NCBI GenBank assembly: GCA_050118535.1
Contig: JASFKR010000006.1
Coordinates: forward strand, 689 to 64,688
DNA length: 64,000 bases
Reading direction: 5' to 3'
Origin: Myxococcales bacterium
GTDB lineage: Bacteria > Myxococcota_A > Polyangia > Polyangiales > JAFGIB01
Positions 29,606 through 39,567 of this stretch are shown in pieces (within the stretch, counting starts at the first letter, position 1; every line of letters begins with the position of its first letter). Position numbers and translations under genes: made by a program. A model generated the notes under the pieces. The model saw only the letters and a list, made by a program, of their open reading frames with translations, did no database searches and had not been told where the DNA came from.

Positions 29606-31489
29606 TCACGGGGGCGAAAGCAGATACAGGCGATGGTCCTGCAACTGCAGCACGGCCGCGGCACGCGAGGCGAGGAAGTGCTCGTCGATGCGCGGCATGA
29701 CGCGACGTTCTCGCGGCCCCACAAGCACGGCGTCCACATGAAGGCGTGCGATCACGTCGTCGGCGAAGGGCGCGCCGGCATACAGTCCCACCAGCTCCGT
29801 CGCCCGTGCACGCACATCGATCCCGTGTGTGTCGAGCATCTCCGGCGCCGCCACCAGCACGCGACGCCCGGAGAACATGGCGACCGGATCGTGATACGTG
29901 GCGGCCGTGGCGATCACGGCCGACGGCGGCGTGCTGTCTCGCACCTGCCGCGCCAGGCGCAGATCCGCCTTGGAGATCACCAACGCGTCGTTGACCAGCT
30001 CGTGACCCACGGCCAGCACCCCGCTGGCGGTGCACGCGAGGACCACCAGCGTGCCCAGCACGACCCGCGTGGCGCCGCCGGCGCGCAGCAGGCGCGCGAC
30101 CATGGCCGCGACGAAGATCGCCGCTGCCACGTCGAACCATGCCAGCAGCTTGACGTTGTCGTAGACCGCCGGGGTGAAGGTGATCAGGTTCGCGATGGGT
30201 AGCAAGAGCAGCAGCGGGCCCCCGAGCAGCAGGGCGCGCCGCGGCGTCACCAGCAGGGCGGCGGGGATCGCCAGCAGCCACGGGCCCATGCCCATCGTCA
30301 GGTCGAGGGCCCACTGTCCGGCGCTGGGCGCGGGTCGCAAGAACCCGGGGTCGACCCGCAGGTATCCCTCACCCCCGGCGCCCACCAGCCAGCCGACCTG
30401 GGGCAGGGCGCACGCGAGCAGCGGCAGCCAGAAGGCGAGCCAACCGCGCCCGCGCCACAACAGCGTGTAACAGAGCGCGGCGCCGCACGCGACGAGGAAG
30501 GAGTGGGCGTGCATCAGCGGCAGGGCGCCCGCCAGCACGCCGGCCGCGACCAGCGCCGGACGCGGAGAACGCTGCGCGTGTAGCGCGTGGCCCAGCAACA
30601 GCAGCAGGGCCACCCCCAGGGTCATGCCCCAGATCGCCGTACGCGCGGCGATGAAGAGGTTGCCCACGTGGCCCGACTTGAGCACGTGGGGCGCGATGTA
30701 GGTCGCGTTGGTGCTCGCGAGCAGCGCGAAGGGCTCGGCGCCCTCGAACAGCTTGCCGAACACGATTGCGAAACCCGCGCCGCCGGCCAGCGGGAAGAGC
30801 AGGAGCGTGAGCAGAGAGGGAAGGTCGTCGCGGCTGTCGAGCCAAAGCCGGCACAACCCGTGAAGGAGCGGCAGCAGCGCCGCCAGCGTCAGCAGCCCGG
30901 GCAGGATGAAGGCCCAGCGCAGGGGCAGACCGAGCGCGGTGAGGACCGCCGTCGAATGGTCGGGGACGAAGGGGTAGGTGAGGGGGGCGCCCAGGTAGAG
31001 CGGATGCGCCAGCGGGGCGAAGCCGTCGCTCGCGGCGAAGCGCGCCACCAGGCCCAGGTGGATCGGCAGGTCGCCCCAGGTGACCCCGGCGGCGTGCAGG
31101 CCGTCGGCAGCGGGCCGGAGGTAGTGGGTGTGCATGAGGTAGGCGAGCAGCGCGCACCACGACGCCCCCACGATCAACAGTGGGCGATGGTCTCGGGCCG
31201 AGGCGGCACCCGAAAGGGCGCGGAGGTGCGCGACCATCAGACGGCGCCCACCCGGGTGCGCCAGCGTCGCGGCTGCGCCGGCTCCCAGCAGCAGCGTCGC
31301 GGCGAGGCCGGCGGTGGCGGCTGGCACGTCGAAGGCCGCCGAGATCAACAGCGGCGTCCAGCAGCACGGGACCTGCCCCAGGGCCACGGCGATTCCCAGA
31401 CGCGTGAAGGGGCCGATGGGAATGCGAAGTCCCAGGGCGGCAGCCATGCCGAGCACGGTTGCGGCGAGCAACAGCAGACAGGCGAGCAT
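29606..31489 (-). CDS. GT-C-fold glycosyltransferase-like membrane protein
   Basis: Many TM segments; first large loop WGDLPIH...YPFVPD; C-terminal soluble domain. Confidence 0.55.
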   Translation of the reverse strand: MLACLLLLAATVLGMAAALGLRIPIGPFTRLGIAVALGQVPCCWTPLLISAAFDVPAATAGLAATLLLGAGAAATLAHPGGRRLMVAHLRALSGAASARDHRPLLIVGASWCALLAYLMHTHYLRPAADGLHAAGVTWGDLPIHLGLVARFAASDGFAPLAHPLYLGAPLTYPFVPDHSTAVLTALGLPLRWAFILPGLLTLAALLPLLHGLCRLWLDSRDDLPSLLTLLLFPLAGGAGFAIVFGKLFEGAEPFALLASTNATYIAPHVLKSGHVGNLFIAARTAIWGMTLGVALLLLLGHALHAQRSPRPALVAAGVLAGALPLMHAHSFLVACGAALCYTLLWRGRGWLAFWLPLLACALPQVGWLVGAGGEGYLRVDPGFLRPAPSAGQWALDLTMGMGPWLLAIPAALLVTPRRALLLGGPLLLLLPIANLITFTPAVYDNVKLLAWFDVAAAIFVAAMVARLLRAGGATRVVLGTLVVLACTASGVLAVGHELVNDALVISKADLRLARQVRDSTPPSAVIATAATYHDPVAMFSGRRVLVAAPEMLDTHGIDVRARATELVGLYAGAPFADDVIARLHVDAVLVGPRERRVMPRIDEHFLASRAAAVLQLQDHRLYLLSPP

Positions 31490-31604
31490 GGCGATCGATA
31501 CGGTAGCAAATCGCCCGGCCCCGATGCGAACGCACGGCGGCCGCGTCACGTCGGCAAGCTGCGCCGGGTGCTGGTCGGGGCGCGCCCGATCCGCTCGACC
31601 CGGG

Positions 31605-32567
31605 TCAGGGCTGCGGGAGCGGGTCGAGTACCTGCGCACGGCGCGGCGGCGGCCCCAGCGCGGTCTGCAGGCGCTCGCGCACGCAACCGGCGATGGCCTC
31701 GCTCACTCGACGGCGCAGGTCGGTCCGCGCGGTGACGAGCCCGATCTCGCGCACGGGGGGCGGTCCGGAAAGCGGCCGCGCCTGCGCGCGCCGCCGCCGC
31801 GCGGGGATGGCGTCGGCGGTCAGGGCGGGCAGCACGGTAGCGCCGAAGCCGTCATCCACCAGATGGATGAGCGTCTCGAAGCTCCCACTCTCGAACTGCA
31901 CCGGGCCCGGGCGCGGCGCGTGGTCGCTGCGGCAGAAGGTCAGCACCTGGCTGCGGAAACAGTGCCCTTCGGGCAGGACCCAGAGGTGGCGCTCCGCCAG
32001 ATCCTTCTGGGAGACCGACCTCTTCTTCAGCAGCGGATCCCCGGGCGGCAGGTAGGCGACCAGCGCCTCGTGCCCCAGCGCCTCTTCGCGCAGGCCGGGC
32101 ACCGAGAGGGGCGTGGCGGCCAGCCCGGCGTCCAGCGTGTCCGATTGCAGTCGGGCGACGATCTCCTCGGTCTTGAGCTCCTCGACGATCAGCTCGACCC
32201 GGGGGTTGCGCTGCACGAACTGGCGCAGGAACAGGGGCAGCACGGTGGGCGCCAGCGTCGGGATCACGCCCAGGCGAAAGCGCCCCGACGGCTCCACGTC
32301 CTCGGCGACGACCTGCCCGAGGCGCTCGGTCTCGCGCAGGACCGAACGCATCTGCGACAGGGCGGCCTCTCCGGCCTGGGTGACCCGCACGGGCTTTCGG
32401 CTGCGGTCGAAGAGCACGGCGCCGAGCAGCTCCTCGAGCCGCTGGATCTGCATGCTCAGGCCCGACTGGGAGATGTGGCAGCGCTCGGCCGCGAGCCGGA
32501 AGCTGCCGGTCTCGCCAATGGCCACGGCGTAGCGCATCTGGGTCAGGGTGACCTGCTCGATGTCCAT
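31605..32567 (-). CDS. oxyR: Hydrogen peroxide-inducible LysR-type activator
   Basis: LysR HTH (AAERCHISQSGLS), GVIPTLAP and EGHCFRSQVLTFC (both redox Cys); divergent from ahpCF. Confidence 0.93.
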   Translation of the reverse strand: MDIEQVTLTQMRYAVAIGETGSFRLAAERCHISQSGLSMQIQRLEELLGAVLFDRSRKPVRVTQAGEAALSQMRSVLRETERLGQVVAEDVEPSGRFRLGVIPTLAPTVLPLFLRQFVQRNPRVELIVEELKTEEIVARLQSDTLDAGLAATPLSVPGLREEALGHEALVAYLPPGDPLLKKRSVSQKDLAERHLWVLPEGHCFRSQVLTFCRSDHAPRPGPVQFESGSFETLIHLVDDGFGATVLPALTADAIPARRRRAQARPLSGPPPVREIGLVTARTDLRRRVSEAIAGCVRERLQTALGPPPRRAQVLDPLPQP

Positions 32568-32584
32568 TTCCCAGCTTTAGCAGC

Positions 32585-32635
32585 TCCGATTCAAACATCA
32601 ATCGAAGTGAACGGGCCATAAGAACGTTCGATTTT
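32585..32635. promoter_or_regulatory. Putative OxyR-binding region
   Basis: AT-richer divergent gap with ATAA-N7-CGAT (32618-32632), resembling ATAG-N7-CTAT. Confidence 0.4.
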
Positions 32636-32721
32636 ACAGATGGCCGCCGGGACACATATTGAGTCCAAGGAGTTACGGGCCGCGGCTGCGGTCCCCACGA
32701 ATCGACGGAAGGAACCAAGGC

Positions 32722-33285
32722 ATGTCACTCATCAACACCGATTTGAAGCCGTTCAGGGCGCAGGCTTACCACCAGGGCGAGTTCATCGAGGTCTCCGACG
32801 AGTCCGTGAAGGGCAAGTGGGCGATCTTCGTCTTCTACCCGGCCGATTTCACCTTCGTGTGCCCGACCGAGCTGGAGGACTTGGCGGAGCACTATGCGCA
32901 GTTCAAGGAGGCTGGCGCCGAGATCTACGCCGTTTCCACCGACACGCACTTCTCGCACAAGGCCTGGCACGACAGCTCCGAGGCCATCGGCAAGGTCGAC
33001 TACCCCATGATCGGCGATCCGACCGGTCGCCTGACGCGCAATTTCGGCGTCATGATCGAGGACGAGGGCGTGGCCCTGCGCGGCACCTTCGTGGTGAACC
33101 CCGAGGGCCAGATCAAGCTCTGCGAGATCCACGACAACGGCATCGGCCGAGACGCGCGCGAGCTGCTGCGCAAGGTCAAGGCGGCCCAGTACGTCGCCTC
33201 TCACCCGGGCGAGGTCTGCCCCGCCAAGTGGGAGGAGGGTCAGAAGACCCTCAAGCCCTCGCTCGACCTCGTCGGCAAGATCTGA
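32722..33285 (+). CDS. ahpC: Alkyl hydroperoxide reductase subunit C
   Basis: FYPADFTFVCPTE, EVCPAKW and LDLVGKI. Confidence 0.98.
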   Translation: MSLINTDLKPFRAQAYHQGEFIEVSDESVKGKWAIFVFYPADFTFVCPTELEDLAEHYAQFKEAGAEIYAVSTDTHFSHKAWHDSSEAIGKVDYPMIGDPTGRLTRNFGVMIEDEGVALRGTFVVNPEGQIKLCEIHDNGIGRDARELLRKVKAAQYVASHPGEVCPAKWEEGQKTLKPSLDLVGKI

Positions 33286-33435
33286 CGTGCCCGGCCGACG
33301 CGGTCGTCCCTCCTGACCGCGACCGGCCGACACGCCCGGGGCCCGGCGCGAGTCCCCCTCCGCGCCGGGCCCCGGCCCCTTCGCACCGGCTCCAGCCCGA
33401 CCCACCACCCAGCACGCAGCGACCAGGAATCCGCC

Positions 33436-34995
33436 ATGCTCGACACCCAGCTCAAAGAACAGCTCAAGCAGCACCTGACGCGGCTGCGCCGCCCCATCCA
33501 GCTCAGTGCGTACCTCGACGGTGGCGAGGCATCCGCGGAGATGCGACGGCTGCTTTCGGAGCTGGCGGAGTCCTCCGATCACGTGCGCGTGGCGGAGCTG
33601 GATAGCGGGGGCGAGCGCGTGCCGTCGTTCGCGATCCATGGCGCGGACGAGGAGCCCCGGGTGCGCTTCGCCGGAATGCCGCTGGGGCACGAGTTCACGT
33701 CCCTGGTGCTCGCCCTTCTGCACGTGGGAGGTCATCCGCCGCGGGAGTCGGAGGCGACCCTGGAGCAGATCCGCAATCTGAGCGGGCCCCTGCGTTTCGA
33801 GACCTTCTTCTCGGTCTCCTGCCAGAATTGCCCCGACGTGGTGCAAGCGCTGAACACCATGGCCGCCCTCAACCCGAACGTGCAGCACCTGGCCATCGAC
33901 GGCTCGCTCTTCCAGGATGAGGTCGAGCAGCGGCAAGTGATGGCCGTGCCCACGGTCTTCTTGAACGGAGAGCCCTTCGGCCAGGGGCGGATGGAGCTGA
34001 GCGAGATCGTCTCCCGGCTCGACGACGGCGCCGCCGCTCGGCAAGCCGATGAGCTGAACGACAAGGACGTCTTCGACGTGCTCATCGTGGGCGGCGGCCC
34101 CGCCGGCGCCGCGGCTGCGATCTACGCCGCGCGCAAGGGCCTGTCGACCGGCATCGTCACCGAGCGCTTCGGCGGGCAGGTGCTCGACACGGCCGGCATC
34201 GAGAACTTCATCTCCGTGCCCGAGACGGAGGGTCCCCGCTTCGCCGCCGCCCTCGAGGCCCACGTGGCCGCCTACCCCATCGACGTGATGCGCAATCAGC
34301 GTGTCGAGCGCCTCGAGCCGGGCCCGGTGCACGAGGTGCACCTGCAGAGCGGCGCCACGCTGCGGTCTCGCACCATCGTCCTGGCGCCCGGCGCTCGCTG
34401 GCGCGACATGAACGTCCCCGGCGAGCAGGAATATCGCACCCGCGGCGTCACCTATTGCCCCCACTGCGACGGTCCGCTCTTCAAGGGCAAGCGCGTCGCG
34501 GTGATCGGCGGCGGAAATTCCGGCGTGGAGGCCGCCATCGATCTTGCGGGCGTGGTCAGTCACGTGACGGTGCTGGAGTTCCTCGACGAGCTCAAGGCCG
34601 ACGCCGTTCTGCAGCGCAAGCTGGCCAGCCTGCCCAACGTGGAGGTGCGCACCGCGGCGCGGACCACCGAGGTGCGTGGCGACGGCAAGAAGGTCGTCGG
34701 CCTCACCTACGAGGACCGCAACAACGGCCATCAGGAATCACTCGACGTGGAAGGAATCTTCGTGCAAATCGGTTTGCTTCCCAACACCGAGTGGCTGCGG
34801 GGCAGCGTGGAGCTCAACGACCACGGCGAGATCCGGGTCGGCGAACGGGGTGAGACCTCCGTGCTCGGTGTCTTCGCTGCGGGAGACGCCACCACCGTGC
34901 CCTACAAGCAAATCGTCATCGCCACCGGCGAAGGTGCGCGCGCGGCCCTGGGCGCGTTCGACTACCTCATCCGCGCCACCGCCCCTGCCGCTTGA
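33436..34995 (+). CDS. ahpF: Alkyl hydroperoxide reductase subunit F
   Basis: [28 protein letters not shown] and GGGNSG. Confidence 0.98.
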   Translation: MLDTQLKEQLKQHLTRLRRPIQLSAYLDGGEASAEMRRLLSELAESSDHVRVAELDSGGERVPSFAIHGADEEPRVRFAGMPLGHEFTSLVLALLHVGGHPPRESEATLEQIRNLSGPLRFETFFSVSCQNCPDVVQALNTMAALNPNVQHLAIDGSLFQDEVEQRQVMAVPTVFLNGEPFGQGRMELSEIVSRLDDGAAARQADELNDKDVFDVLIVGGGPAGAAAAIYAARKGLSTGIVTERFGGQVLDTAGIENFISVPETEGPRFAAALEAHVAAYPIDVMRNQRVERLEPGPVHEVHLQSGATLRSRTIVLAPGARWRDMNVPGEQEYRTRGVTYCPHCDGPLFKGKRVAVIGGGNSGVEAAIDLAGVVSHVTVLEFLDELKADAVLQRKLASLPNVEVRTAARTTEVRGDGKKVVGLTYEDRNNGHQESLDVEGIFVQIGLLPNTEWLRGSVELNDHGEIRVGERGETSVLGVFAAGDATTVPYKQIVIATGEGARAALGAFDYLIRATAPAA

Positions 34996-35013
34996 CGCAG
35001 CACGCGTAGGTCG

Positions 35014-35039
35014 GGGCAGAGTGACTCGGGCAAAGTGAC
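35014..35039 (+). promoter_or_regulatory. Tandem 12-bp direct repeat GGGCARAGTGAC, putative enhancer
   Basis: GGGCAGAGTGAC-tc-GGGCAAAGTGAC, about 130 bp upstream of a sigma54 motif. Confidence 0.5.
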
Positions 35040-35169
35040 GCGCGCGGGGCACCCTGCCCCAGGGCGCGCTTGTCGTACGACGTGGTCACGTTCTCGGCAG
35101 GGAGCCGTGCGGACCGCAACGTCGCCGTCGCAGCAGGCTGGATCACGCGTACCCGTCGCCGCCTCCGCG

Positions 35170-35185
35170 TGGCACGTGTGTTGCT
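35170..35185 (+). promoter_or_regulatory. Sigma54 -24/-12 promoter
   Basis: TGGCACG-TGTG-TTGCT, a full consensus match upstream of the antiporter. Confidence 0.75.
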
Positions 35186-35266
35186 CCCTCCGTCGTCCCT
35201 CCGGGGATGCGCGCAGTGCGTGACCCCGGCGGGAGCGAGGGATCAGACTGTGGGAAGGGCGAACAC

Positions 35267-37192
35267 ATGGCGCAGGGCGTGACACTGACCGTCGCCATGG
35301 CCCTGACCGCGGGGATGGTCGCGCACGCCGTGGCCCGGCACGCGCGCGTCCCGACGATCGCCGTCCTGCTCGCCGCGGGCGTGCTGCTCGGCCCCGATGG
35401 CGCAGGCCTGGTGCAGCCCCGGGCGCTGGGCGGGGGCCTCTACTCCCTGGTCGACACTGCGGTGGCGGTGATCCTCTTCGAGGGCGGACTGCGCCTGAGC
35501 CTGCGACGTCTGCGCCGCGAGCCGGCCGTGATTCGCCGCCTGGTGACCGTGGGCGCGCTCATCTCCGCCGCGGGCGGCGCCGGTGCCTGCCGCCTGGCCC
35601 TGGGCTGGGGATGGCGCGACTGCGGGCTCTTCGGGATTCTGGTGATGGTGACCGGCCCGACGGTGATCACACCGCTGGTCGACGGACTGCGGGTGCGGCG
35701 CCGCGTGGCGGCCGTGCTCGAGGCCGAGGGCGTGCTCATCGACGCCATCGGCGCGGTGACGGCGGCGGTCGCCCTCGACCTGGCCATCCGGCCCACCGAG
35801 GAGGGCGCGCTGCTCGCCGCGCCGGGCGTGGCGCTGCGGCTCGGCACGGGCACGGCCATCGGCTTCGCCGGCGGCGCGCTGCTGGCGGTGATCCTCGGGG
35901 CGCGGCGGCTGTTGCCCTACGATCTGCGCAACGTCTTCGTGCTGGCCGTCGTGGTGCTGTTGCACGCCGGGTCGGACGCGGTGCTGCCCCACAGCGGGCT
36001 GGCCGCGGCGGCTGCGGCCGGCATCACGCTGGCCAACATGCCTCGCAGCCCCATGCACTCGCTGCTGGCCTTCAACCAACAGCTGGTGCACCTGCTGATC
36101 GGCATGCTCTTTCTGCTCCTCGTGGCGGACGTGCGGCTGGCCGACGTGCTGGCCGTCGGCTGGCCGGGGCTGGCGACGGTGGCGCTGCTGGCGTTGGTCG
36201 TCCGACCCGTGATGGTGGCCGCCTGCGCCGCGGGCTCACGCCTGTCCTGGAAGGAGCGCGCGCTGGTGGCCTGGCTGGGGCCGCGGGGGGTCGTCGCCGC
36301 GGCGGTGGCCTCGCTGGTGGCCCTGGAGCTCTCCGCCGCCGGCCAGCCCGGCGGGCGGCCGTTGCGCGCGCTGGTGTTCATGACCATCGCCGTCACCGTG
36401 GCCTGGAGCAGCCTGACGGCGCCCTTCGTGGCGGCCCGGCTGGGCCTGCGCAGGCGCGCCCGCGGCGGCTGGGTGGTGCTGGGCGGAAACGCCCTGGCGC
36501 TGGAGCTCGCGCAGGTGCTGCAGGAAGCGGGAGAGCAGGCGGTCGTGGTCGAGAGCGACCCGCACCTGGTGCGCGATGCGGAGGGCTCCGGCATCCGCGC
36601 CCTGCACGGCAACGCCTACGAGGACCGCACCCTGGCCCGCGCCGACCTGGAGGGACGCAGGGGCGCGGTCGCCCTCACCTCCAACCCCGACGCCAACCTT
36701 CTCTTCGTGCAGCAGGCCCGCGCGGCGGCACCCGACACGCGGTTCTTCGTCGCCGTGCGCGATCACCTCGACGGTGTGACCCCGGCAATCGTGGGCGCGG
36801 GCGGGGCCGAGATCCTCTTTGCCGGACCCGCCGACGTGTCCGCCTGGAGCAAGCGCCTGCGCGCGGGTCAGGCCCGCAGCGAGTGGTGGCGCTATACGGG
36901 TGAGCTCTCGGCGTGCATGCCGGCCGGCCCCTGCGGTCCCTTCATCCCGCTGCTCAAGCAGTCGCGCACCGGCTCGGTGCTGCCGGTGGGCGAGCGCACG
37001 CGCCTGAGCGCCGGCGACAGCGTCGCGTTCCTGATCGATCGAGGGCGTCGGGAGCAGGCCCGGGAGCTCCTCGGTGGCAGCGGCTATGAGCCGGTGGGCC
37101 CCGCCCGCTCCACCGTCCCCCCGGTGATGGGCGCCGCGAGCGGGTGGGCGGCTATCTCCTCTTCCCTTTTCCCCGGTAGTAGACGCGGATAG
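35267..37192 (+). CDS. CPA1/NhaP-type cation:proton antiporter with TrkA-N (RCK) domain
   Basis: ILFEGG, TGPTV, EGVLIDAIG and GPRGVVAAA; C-terminal Rossmann-like domain. Confidence 0.88.
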   Translation: MAQGVTLTVAMALTAGMVAHAVARHARVPTIAVLLAAGVLLGPDGAGLVQPRALGGGLYSLVDTAVAVILFEGGLRLSLRRLRREPAVIRRLVTVGALISAAGGAGACRLALGWGWRDCGLFGILVMVTGPTVITPLVDGLRVRRRVAAVLEAEGVLIDAIGAVTAAVALDLAIRPTEEGALLAAPGVALRLGTGTAIGFAGGALLAVILGARRLLPYDLRNVFVLAVVVLLHAGSDAVLPHSGLAAAAAAGITLANMPRSPMHSLLAFNQQLVHLLIGMLFLLLVADVRLADVLAVGWPGLATVALLALVVRPVMVAACAAGSRLSWKERALVAWLGPRGVVAAAVASLVALELSAAGQPGGRPLRALVFMTIAVTVAWSSLTAPFVAARLGLRRRARGGWVVLGGNALALELAQVLQEAGEQAVVVESDPHLVRDAEGSGIRALHGNAYEDRTLARADLEGRRGAVALTSNPDANLLFVQQARAAAPDTRFFVAVRDHLDGVTPAIVGAGGAEILFAGPADVSAWSKRLRAGQARSEWWRYTGELSACMPAGPCGPFIPLLKQSRTGSVLPVGERTRLSAGDSVAFLIDRGRREQARELLGGSGYEPVGPARSTVPPVMGAASGWAAISSSLFPGSRRG

Positions 37193-38519
37193 GGGTTCCC
37201 TCGAAGCCGAAGCGCTCGCGCAGCTGGTTGATGACGTAGCGCTTGTAGCTGAAGTGCACGCGGTCGGGGTAGTTGGTGCTGACCACGAACGTCGGTGGCC
37301 TGGTGCGCGCCTGGGTCACGAAATAAAGGCGCACGGCGCGGCCTCCGCTGGTGGGCGGTGGGTGACGCTCCAGCACTTCCTCGAAGAAGCGGTTGAGCTC
37401 GCCCGTGGTGACGCGCTTTTCGTGGGCCTCGGCCACGTGACGCGCCATGTCCATCAGTGAGCGCACGCCGCGGCCGGTTTTGGCGCTCACCCGGCGCACC
37501 GGCGCCCAGGGCATGAAGTTCAGCACGTCGCGCAGCTTCTCGACCGCCTCGTCGCGCTGCTTGCCTTTCAGCAGATCCATCTTGTTGAGCGCCAGCACCA
37601 CCGCGCGGCCCCGGTCGAGGGCCAGGCCCGCGATCTTGGCGTCCTGTTCGGAGGCGCCCTCGGTGGCGTCGATCATCAGCACCACCGTGTCGGCCCGCTC
37701 CACGGCGCGAATGGCCTGGACCACAGCGAGCCCCTCGATGCCACCTTTGACCGAGCGCTTGCGCCGGATGCCGGCGGTGTCGATCAGCACCAGCGGTCCC
37801 GCCTCGTCTTCGTACAGGGCGTCGACGCTGTCGACCGTGGTTCCGGGGCGGTTGTCGACGATCTGGCGAGTCTCACCGAGCAATCGATTCACCAGCGACG
37901 ACTTGCCCGCGTTGGGCCGGCCCACGATCGCCACCCGCGTCAGCCGCGTGTCCTCGTCCTGCGCTTCCTGGGCGGGCTCGGGCAGGATTTCGCCCAGGGC
38001 TTCCTCCAGATCGCCGATGCCGTGGCCGTGCAGGGCCGAGATCTCGAAGACCCGATCGACGCCGAGCCGATACAGCTGCTTGGCCTCGTGGGCGCGCGCG
38101 GGGTTGTCGATCTTGTTGGCCGCAAAGAGCACCGGGAGATCCGTCTCGCGCAGCAGGCGCACCGCCTCCCGGTCCGAGGGCAGCGGATCGAGCGAACCGT
38201 CGAAGACGCAGATCACGGCGTCGGCCTCGCTCAGGGCGACCTGCACCTGCTCGACGATGCTCTGGGTCATGGGGTCGTCGCTGTCGGGGTCGAAGCCGCC
38301 CGTATCGATCAGCACATATTCCTTGCCGAAGGCCTCGCCGTCGCCGTACAGCCGGTCGCGCGTGACGCCGGGCACGTCCTCGACGATCGCAAGACGGCTG
38401 CGTGTCAGGCGATTGAAGAGGGCGCTCTTGCCCACGTTGGGCCGCCCCACGATCGCCACGATGGGGCGCCCGGAGCCCCTCGCCGCAACGGCCTGCGTCG
38501 CCCGCTCGCGTCGCGCCAC
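37152..38519 (-). CDS. der: Ribosome biogenesis GTPase Der
   Basis: Two G domains (GRPNVGKS, GRPNAGKS; DTGG/DTAG; NKID/NKMD) plus KH-like C-terminus. Confidence 0.98.
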   Translation of the reverse strand: MARRERATQAVAARGSGRPIVAIVGRPNVGKSALFNRLTRSRLAIVEDVPGVTRDRLYGDGEAFGKEYVLIDTGGFDPDSDDPMTQSIVEQVQVALSEADAVICVFDGSLDPLPSDREAVRLLRETDLPVLFAANKIDNPARAHEAKQLYRLGVDRVFEISALHGHGIGDLEEALGEILPEPAQEAQDEDTRLTRVAIVGRPNAGKSSLVNRLLGETRQIVDNRPGTTVDSVDALYEDEAGPLVLIDTAGIRRKRSVKGGIEGLAVVQAIRAVERADTVVLMIDATEGASEQDAKIAGLALDRGRAVVLALNKMDLLKGKQRDEAVEKLRDVLNFMPWAPVRRVSAKTGRGVRSLMDMARHVAEAHEKRVTTGELNRFFEEVLERHPPPTSGGRAVRLYFVTQARTRPPTFVVSTNYPDRVHFSYKRYVINQLRERFGFEGTPIRVYYRGKGKRR

Positions 38520-38520
38520 C

Positions 38521-39465
38521 TCAGACCTCCGTCTCGACGCCGGCCTGGGCGTCCTGCTCCAGCAGCTCCTGCACCCGCGCAGGGTTGTCGGTCCAGCCGG
38601 GCACGACCTTGACCCACAGCTTCAGAAAGACCTTGCGTTCGAGCAGCTTCTCGATCTCCTGCCGCGCGCGCGTGCCGATCTCCTTGAGCCGCTGGCCGCC
38701 CTTGCCGATCAGGATCGGCTTGTGGCCCTCCCTTTCCACGATCACCGTGGCGGCGATGCGCGTCAGCGTCGGCTCCTCCGTGAACTCCTCGACCACGACC
38801 GCCACCGCGTAGGGGACCTCCTGGCGGGTCTTGCGGATGACCGCCTCGCGCACCAGCTCGGCGGCGAAGAAGCGCTCGGACTTGTCGGTCAGCAGCTCCG
38901 GATCGTAGCGCAGCCCCACCGGCAGCTGCGCGCCGATCTCCTGCACCAGCGCGGTGACGTTGTCGCCGCGCTGCGCCGAGATGGGGACGATGCCGGCGAA
39001 CGGGAAGACCTTCTGCAGGGCTTCGATCAGCGGCAGCAGTGCATCGCGCGTCTTCAGCCGGTCGATCTTGTTGATCGCCAGCAACACGGGCCGGCCGTCC
39101 TCCCCGAGCTGTTCGAGCAGCGTCCGCTCCTCCTCGCCCAGGACCGCGTCCACCGTGGCCCCGTGCCCCACGTCGGTCACCAGCAGCACGACCTCGGCGT
39201 CGAGCACGCTGCCCTTGGCCCGTTCCATCAGCGCGCGGCCCAGGGCGTTGCCAGGCCGGTGCAGCCCCGGCGTGTCCACGAAGGCCACCTGCAGGGGCGG
39301 ATCCAAGCTGGCGTAGACGCCCAGGATATTGGTGCGCGTGGTCTGCGGCTTGGGCGTGGCGATCGCCAGCTTCTGGCCGAGCACGCGATTGAGCAGCGTG
39401 GACTTGCCCACGTTGGGCCGTCCCACGATCGCGCAGCGTCCGCTGTGGGGTGCGTCTTCGGACAT
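38521..39465 (-). CDS. era: GTPase Era
   Basis: GRPNVGKSTL, KPQTTR, DTPG, NKID and KH domain IGKGG. Confidence 0.98.
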   Translation of the reverse strand: MSEDAPHSGRCAIVGRPNVGKSTLLNRVLGQKLAIATPKPQTTRTNILGVYASLDPPLQVAFVDTPGLHRPGNALGRALMERAKGSVLDAEVVLLVTDVGHGATVDAVLGEEERTLLEQLGEDGRPVLLAINKIDRLKTRDALLPLIEALQKVFPFAGIVPISAQRGDNVTALVQEIGAQLPVGLRYDPELLTDKSERFFAAELVREAVIRKTRQEVPYAVAVVVEEFTEEPTLTRIAATVIVEREGHKPILIGKGGQRLKEIGTRARQEIEKLLERKVFLKLWVKVVPGWTDNPARVQELLEQDAQAGVETEV

Positions 39466-39567
39466 CGTCTTTTCGCTCGAATCCGGCCAGTCTAGCCCGG
39501 GCGCGGGGACGCCGCGACCGGGGCCCTTCCTTGACCCACGCGCGGCTCCGGGTCAACTCTGCTCCCC

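Noticed and set aside
31605-34995. oxyR-ahpC-ahpF as a novel system
   Set aside because: Canonical, well-described peroxide defence module with all motifs intact
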